Origin: Octopus vulgaris
Taxonomy: Eukaryota
DNA length: 64,000 bases
Direction of reading: 5' to 3'
NCBI GenBank assembly: GCA_951406725.2
Contig: OX597815.1
Coordinates: 79,980,001 to 80,044,000, forward strand
The stretch's first letter is position 1, and each line of letters starts with the position of its first letter. Made by a program: the position numbers and the translations under genes. Shown here one piece after another: positions 54,972 through 64,000 of this stretch. The notes under the pieces are model-generated. The model worked only from the letters and a program-made list of their open reading frames with translations, had not been told where the DNA came from and searched no databases.

Positions 54972-54982
54972 TGTATGTATGT

Positions 54983-55033
<51 letters not shown>

Positions 55034-55332
55034 TATAGATAAATGGGTAGATTGATAGGAAGATAAAAAGATAGATTGATAGATAGATAAACAGAGGTCA
55101 GGAGCTAGACAAAGACTGGTAGTGGAAGAGAACATTATAAATAGATAGACGACCATAAAAAAAAACCCGAAAAAATAAAACCAACAGAAAGAGGTTAATG
55201 ACAAGTAAACAGTAGAGCAATCTAGTCTTCTAAACTTAGTCATGCTAATTAGCTGTATATCTGTGTGTATGTGTGTGTGTGCGTGTGTGTGTGTGTGTGT
55301 GTAGACGTTTTGATTTATCTATCTTTAATCTG

Positions 55333-55540
55333 TTCTTTTACTTGTTTCAGCCATAGGACTGCAGCCATACTGGGGCACCGCCTTGAAAAGTTTTAAGCGA
55401 ACAAATCAACACGAGTACGTATTTTTTTAAATCCTGGTACTTACCTGTGAAACACTTCTCGAATAACTAAGTTATTGGGATGTAAACAACCGAACACTGG
55501 CCATGAATTTGTGGTAGTGAAACAAACACAAAGACACGTA
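55333..55540 (-). mobile_element. Diverged SINE family A, 3' half
   Basis: Family match. Confidence 0.75.
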
Positions 55541-56089
55541 CACATGTATTTATATTATGCATATTATACATGTGTGTGTATGCGTGTATGTGTGTATGTA
55601 TGCATGCATATGCATGTATGTGTGTAAATTATAAGTTCTAAAATTTGAACAGAAGCGCAACAAAGGAAAAAACGGAAAATTTACACACAAGACGGGACGT
55701 TGTTAATTCTTCGTCAGTTATCGTCCAAAGGATCCTTACAATTTCACACCTTTAACGATATGTACCACATGTGAAGCACTGCTATAGCCCAGGGCCGACC
55801 AAAGCCTTGTGGGCGGATTTGATGGACGGAATCGTTGCCGATTTTCTTCCTCCGTCTTCCTTTCTATAGGACTTTCCTCTGTTTCGGAAGAAGAGCGTTG
55901 CTCAAAATGTTAAACCATCTTTCTCTCCTTCCCTGAGCGTCTGCTAATGCTTTACAAGTACCACGTCCTCGCATTGCTGTATTTCTTTTGTGTTTGTTGT
56001 TCCTTTTTGGGATTTACTACACACACACACATACACACACACACATACACACACACATACACACACACACAGACACACACACACACACA

Positions 56090-56142
<53 letters not shown>

Positions 56143-56161
56143 GTATGTATGCGACGTTATA

Positions 56162-56320
56162 TACAACGGCCTTTTTTTAGATTCCGTCCATCAAATCCGC
56201 CGACAAGGCTTTGGTCGGCCCTGGGCTATAGCAGTGGTTCACTTGCTCAAGGTGCCATGCAGTGGAACTGAACCCCAGGCCAAGTGGTTTGGAAGCACGC
56301 TTTTGAAGCACAGAGCCACG
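56162..56320 (-). mobile_element. Diverged SINE family A, 5' half
   Basis: Family match. Confidence 0.8.
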
Positions 56321-56399
56321 CTTTTATTTCTTTCTTAATTTTCGTTTCTGCTTCAGATTTTACTGCCTTTTGATTTTACACAGTATCATGCTCTTCAAT

Positions 56400-56549
56400 G
56401 GTATGTATGTATGTATGTATGTATGTATGTATGTATGTATGTATGTATGTATGTATGTATGTATGTATGTATGCATGTATGTATGTGTATGTGTATGTAT
56501 GTATGTATGTATGAATGTGTGTATGTATATATGTATGAATGTGTGTATG

Positions 56550-56589
<40 letters not shown>

Positions 56590-56754
56590 TATAAATGACT
56601 TGTGTGTGTGTGTGTATGTGCATGCGCGAGTGTGAGCAAGTGTGTGCATGCTTGTGCTTGTATGTATACAAACATATACATATATATATATATATATACA
56701 TACATATATATATGTCTACATATATATATATATATATATACATATGGGTATATT

Positions 56755-56802
<48 letters not shown>

Positions 56803-56809
56803 CATATAT

Positions 56810-56847
<38 letters not shown>

Positions 56848-56900
56848 TCATACATACATATATGAATACCTACATACATGCATATATACACACATATATG
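56400..56900. repeat. Compound (TATG)n/(TA)n/(CA)n tract
   Basis: Direct. Confidence 0.9.
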
Positions 56901-57448
56901 AGAGTGAGAATATCAGAAAATCACTGAAAACATTCCATTTATCGGATCTCTTTACGTAAGCTGAGATCAGCTATCGGCTCACACACTAAGTGCTTCACAT
57001 AAAAAACTGCACATCAACTCACAATGCTTATAGATAATATCTTGTCTTTTCTCACACAACAATAAGCACATATAAATATCAATATATTCATATTGATGTT
57101 ATTGATTTAATATATTTATCATTGAAGCCAGTTTAATGCATAAGCAAACTCATTTCTCATGCATGTAATCTTCAGGATGTCTGAGTGATACGAACTCATA
57201 CACTAGATTACATTGTCAGAACCATTCAAAAGCTGGCTCTGTCGTTGACTCTCGTTTTATATACATATATATGCATACACATAAAGACGTAAGTACTTAT
57301 GTTAGAAAATCTATATTAAAGCATTTGTCACTTATTTCCATGATGTAAATAAAAGGACACATAAGCATAAACCATGCCATTTCACACCACCCCATATCAT
57401 ATCTCACCACACCTTACAGAAAAAAGGGTGCCGCTATATATATGTATA

Positions 57449-57511
<63 letters not shown>

Positions 57512-57512
<1 letters not shown>

Positions 57513-57721
57513 TTTTTATTGTTTTAATTGTTTCAGTCATTAGATTGCGGCCATGCTGGAGCACCGCCTTTAGTCGACCAAATCGACCCCAGGGCTTATT
57601 CTTTGTAAGCCTAGTACTTATTATATCGGTCTCTTTTGCCTAACCACTAAGTTACGGGGACGTAAACACACCACCATCGGTTGTCAAGCGGTGCTGGGGT
57701 GGGGCAAACATAGACACGCAA

Positions 57722-57792
<71 letters not shown>

Positions 57793-57874
57793 CACATATG
57801 TATATATGTAAATAAGATATATATATATATATATCTTCCTGTATATATATACATATATATATATATGTATATAT

Positions 57875-57973
<99 letters not shown>

Positions 57974-58426
57974 TATATATATATACATATATTTCGAAAC
58001 TCGGATTAGTTGAAACAGGGACAACTGAAGAAGAGGAATATTCTTTATGTTGTATGTCTCGTTTCTCTGTTTCTTTCGTGTTCGGAAAAAAGTTCGTTTC
58101 TATGTTTTTGCTTTATGTTTTCGTTTCTCATTGTGTTCAACGTTTTATTTATGTTCTGTACCATATATGCATGTATATATACATATATATGTAGGTATGT
58201 ATATATATGTATGCATATATGCATGTATTTATATATTATTTATATTATTATCATATATATACTACAGGCCTCTTTCAGTTTCCGTCTACTAAATCCACTC
58301 ACAAGGCTTTGGTCAGCCCAAGGCTATAGTAGAAGACACTTGCCAAAGGTGCCACGCAGTAGGACTGAGCCTGGAACCATTTGGTTGGTAAGCAAGTTTC
58401 TTACCACACAACCACTCCTGCGCCTA
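57512..58426 (-). mobile_element. SINE family A inflated by microsatellites and a nested repeat (57990-58180)
   Basis: 3' half 57512-57725, 5' half 58262-58426; the nested piece resembles the reverse of 63570-63720. Confidence 0.85.
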
Positions 58427-58513
58427 TATACATATATTATATAATTCACAAACACAAAGAGAAAAGGTGAATACATTTGTGTGTGTGTGTGTGCGTGCGC
58501 GCGCCTTTGTACG

Positions 58514-58566
<53 letters not shown>

Positions 58567-60732
58567 CTGTGTGTGTGAATCTTTCTATGTATGTGCACAA
58601 AAGAATCAATGCGGAAAGTGAAATATATTTCAATAGTAGATGGAAATGAAAAGAAAAATTAAATAGTAAAAGCCCAATATTATTGTCATATCTCCTGAAA
58701 TGAGGACAAAGGAAACTTTTTTGAGGCGACAAGTATAGCTCCAAATTTGACGCTCATGCGTTACTCCAATAATGAGGACTTCTTTTATTGTGAATCACGA
58801 ATTAGGCACCTGGTATTCTGAAAAAAAAGAAAGAAAAATGAAAAGATTTAAAGAAGCAAACCACTTGTATATGAAAATAACGTAAGTTAACATCAAAGGA
58901 AAAGAAAAGAAAACAACTATATTTGTTATTTAGAGGTGAATTCAAGCCTAAATTTAAACTTCAGGTGATGAAATCGTCCTTGTATTTTACAACAATATTT
59001 TCTAGTATTCTTTATTTCCTTTGTTTTCTCACTGCTCTCTTAAAAAGTAATATTGAGCTTTTTATACAAACGCAAAGTAAACCTTTGTGCTGCACAGATA
59101 CAGTGGATTGAATAGATCTTTGTGTACTATAGGCACCGGCTTCCATTGAGTATAATGTACAGTTAACGTTCGCGGAACCTTAAACGCAGAAGTATGTAAT
59201 TGAATGTAATATGACACTTCGTCACTATCTCTCTTATATGTTTGCCAATTTGCACGTTTTCTAGTTTAAAAAAAATTATATTTTCCAATGTCTCAAGGCC
59301 ACAAATTTGCAAAAAGGCACCGTAGTTTGAAATTACCATGGTGTGTATCAAGTTTTTTTTATCTGCCATGGAAAGATGAATTTCATAAATCGAAGAGGAA
59401 TGGTGAATTCGAAATGAGAACGCTTATATTTCTATGCCCTCAGATTGTAAATAGCTTATGGTAACCTCCTTTAGAAGCACTAATTTCTTGCCACGGAATT
59501 TCTTTGAGAGAACACGATGGTAATTTCTCGTTACCTTACTTTTGTCTTTTTACAAGACATTACCTTGTCAACAAGAGACACAGATAAGTTCGTTCCACCT
59601 ATCTGGCGTTCAGAGCATGAAAGAAGTCCTGAAAAAATATCCCAAAGTATTTTGTCCAACTCTCTAAAACTTTTGCCAATTCATTGACTTAGACTAATAC
59701 TTCATTTTATTGATTTTGAAAGGGGAAGTTGATCTCGATAGGATTTGAACCGAGGGTGTAAAGGGCTTGAAAAGTACCCCAAGCAATTTTATCGGACGAT
59801 CTAATGATTCTGCCCTTTCTTCAAGGAAGTGTAGAGAAGGAACTCATTTAAGTATTGTATGCAATCAAGCCTTCCACTCTCTGGTTTCTGTGACTTTACT
59901 TCCTTCCTTTTTAAATAGTCTAAAACTAATTTCATAGAAGACATAGGTAATCTTTTGTAGTTATAGTCAGTTGGTTTCATGTTATGTGAAAGTAAAATAC
60001 CTCCGGTCAGGAATTTCTTTTACCGTTATACTGTTTCACGTTCGAAGTTTTCCATTGTCCATTGAAAATTCTTTTAACAAACATAGAATTACTCTTTAAA
60101 TGAAAAATGTGTATTTCTCTGAATGTAACCGTTGGTCACTGGAGAAGATCCGCGAAATTAATATCTAATATTATATCCCTTCTTATAAGCGTGTCAATTC
60201 AATCACTCTGCCTCAGCACTGTTCCCTTCCTTTTTTTAAAAAAAAGAAACATTCACTCACGAACACACACGCGCATGCGCCTGCACATGCATGTTCACAA
60301 GAATGTACACTAAATTTCCTACTAATAGCACACTCATCATTCTTGCCTCGCAATTACATTCAGTTTATTTACCTTTTTAGATTCCACTCTAAGAACTTCG
60401 TCTGATCCATCATTCCTAGAAATGAAACTCTTTGGGATTCCCTCGTCGGTTATGTTAAACATTAGCTTATAAAACCCCAAACTGAATATCAACCTCAATC
60501 ACTCCAGTCTCACTAGTCTGGGGGGTGATACTTACAAATGTACATGGACATTGGTTCTCATTCTCTAAAAGTTTTATTTAAAAACTACCATTTATCTCTT
60601 AGGATACAGACGTTCTTCACTTGCAATCACGATAGACAATTTCTTAAACGAATACAGCAATTTCATATGGTCACTCATCCAGGTACAAATATCCCTCATA
60701 TACCCTCCTATGTCTTAAAAATATGTTACATT

Positions 60733-61130
60733 TAGGTGTGGCTGTGTGGTAAGAAGCCTGCTTCCCGACCTCATAGTTTCAGGTTCAGTCCCACTTCATA
60801 ACATCTTAGGCAAGTGTCTTTTGTTATAGCTTCAAGTTGACCCAAACCCTGTAAGTGGATTTGGTAGACGGAAATTGAAAGACGCCCGTCGTATATGCGT
60901 GTGCATATGTGTGTATGTGATTTTGTCCATGCTTGTTCCCAACACTACTTCATAACCGATGTTGGTGTGTTTGCGTCCCCAAAACTTAGCTGTTCGGCAA
61001 AAGGGACCGATAGAATAAGTACCATGCTTTAAAAAACAAGCGTTGGGGTCGATTTATTCGACTAAAAATTTCTCCAAAGCGGTACCCCAGCATGACCACA
61101 GTCCAATGACTGAAGCAATTAAAAGATTAG
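60733..61130 (+). mobile_element. Diverged full-length SINE family A
   Basis: Family match. Confidence 0.88.
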
Positions 61131-62269
61131 ATTACGTAGATTTTGGTATACAAAAAGACAAGATGTTCACATCCCGATAGGGACATTTTTGATCCTAAAA
61201 CTGCTCAATCACGGCTGATTTGGTGGTAAAACTACAACGAAACCTACACCACTTCCACCATAAACAGGTTAGAGCCATTAAACCTCATCGGAACATTACA
61301 TCTTTTTCACTAAAAAAGAACACCTGACTCAGATCATCGCATCTGCACGAAGTGTTTGACCGATTAGTGTCTGATAATCTTTCGTGGAAGTTATACATAC
61401 ACAGGCATGATCGACCGTATCACAAACAGTAGGTCTATTTTTTCTCTTTATTAAAGTGAAAAAAAAGCTCTGTTAACTTACTTTTTCCCTCGCATTTTGT
61501 AGCTATTTTCATCCAAGTTTCGTTGTTGCTTTCTCGCTCCCCACTCTCCCTCTCTCTCTCTTTCTCTGTCTCACTCAATCTCTTTCTGTAGCACTGCTTA
61601 ATTGTTTTTATCTATCTCTATCTCACTACATTTCTCTTCCACCCTTCTTTCTTGTATCTCCGTTTGTTCATTTAATACACCATCATTTTTATTCTTTCTC
61701 ATGTGAAATCTTTTCTCTCAGTTTATAGTTTCTTTATTCTATTCACCCTTTTTTTTCTCCCTCCCTATCGCTCTATCTATTTATCTGTCTTCCTTTCTTT
61801 TCATCTCTCTTTCTCTCTCCTGCTTCGTAGTCAACAGACATAATCTCCGTTCTTTATTTCGATATTTTCCTTGCTCTCAATCTGAAACTTTTTTCCCTTG
61901 CTCTATCTTGCATTCTTCACATACAATCTCTCCCACTCCATCACTGTCAGACTCTCATCAATCCTTGGAAACATAGCAACATACACACAAGCACACACAC
62001 AGACAAACACACACATACACACACACACACACACATTCAAACGCACACACACAAACAAACACACACACAATCAAACATACACACAAACAGAAGCGCATAA
62101 ACACCCCACAAAGGCGGACGTGTGCGCGCAAATTGTCTTTATTTGTTTTTTCTCTCCGCTTCTCTCTCTTTCTTACTCCTCTTCGTTTCAGCCGTCTTTC
62201 TTTCATACGCCCACCATACACTTGTTCAGACTTCTCTCTTACGTACTCTACGTAAACAGAAATACTCCC

Positions 62270-62304
<35 letters not shown>

Positions 62305-62458
62305 CCTTACAAACTTAAATACACAGTGTTCGTAATTCCCTCCTTCACTACTTAATCTTTCGTTTGTCTCTTTAAAATCGTAATATTGTCAGAATGTACA
62401 GTTCTGTTGTAGAGGTACGACAACAATAGTTTACACACACATACACACACACGCCACG

Positions 62459-62490
<32 letters not shown>

Positions 62491-62623
62491 CAAACACACA
62501 CACGCACACACACACAACACACACTCACACACATTAACACAGACACCTATTGCGTGTGCGTGTGTATATGTGCGTATAAAGTATATACACATATACATAT
62601 ATATACACATATACATACACAGG

Positions 62624-62677
<54 letters not shown>

Positions 62678-62747
62678 TATATATATAATTTGAGTAGTAT
62701 ATATATATGCATATATACATACGTATATGTACATACATCAATACGTG

Positions 62748-63820
<1,073 letters not shown>

Positions 63821-64000
63821 ACGTTTTTATTTCTCCTTTAGCTTTCAGAATTACTGCTATTTTTGCGGTTTGAGTTTTGGCTGCTCTTTTCAAGTGAGTC
63901 GAATGACCTGTAAGGGTCTTTCCATAATATTTTGTTGAATATATTATATAGTCTGTGACTATTTTTATTTTCTCACTTGACCGCTGGTTGCAGAAAATTT

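Noticed and set aside
58690-58855. Strong minus-strand splice acceptor (ctttttttttcag)
   Set aside because: All three frames stop within ~35 nt and there is no convincing donor; a UTR exon cannot be excluded
60330-60530. Possible LINE 3' remnant (IPRNETLWDSL)
   Set aside because: Too short and decayed to classify with confidence

Overview
AT-rich eukaryotic non-coding DNA saturated with repeats. The SINE families and the extreme (TA)n/(CA)n/(TACA)n/(AAT)n load point to an octopus-type cephalopod genome (inference from recognition, not a search). No intact host gene is visible, and almost all ORFs in the supplied track are translated microsatellites. The window is a mosaic of decayed elements: three mariner transposase relics, three Tx1/L1-clade LINE relics, RTE, CR1-type and R4/Dong-type LINE 3' ends, a Penelope-like GIY-YIG relic, a non-autonomous Helitron and more than 30 tRNA-derived SINE copies or fragments. 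Main points of interest: (1) a 1.3-kb TIR element with an 8-bp TSD (Merlin-like) enclosing a ~540-bp spacer-less palindrome; (2) a dispersed set of minimal type I hammerhead ribozyme motifs, two with canonical cores and several with recurring non-canonical cores; (3) several fold-back or templated inverted duplications at retroelement junctions; (4) one candidate 64-nt host exon. Coordinates were read by eye, and element boundaries are approximate unless a TIR or TSD is quoted.
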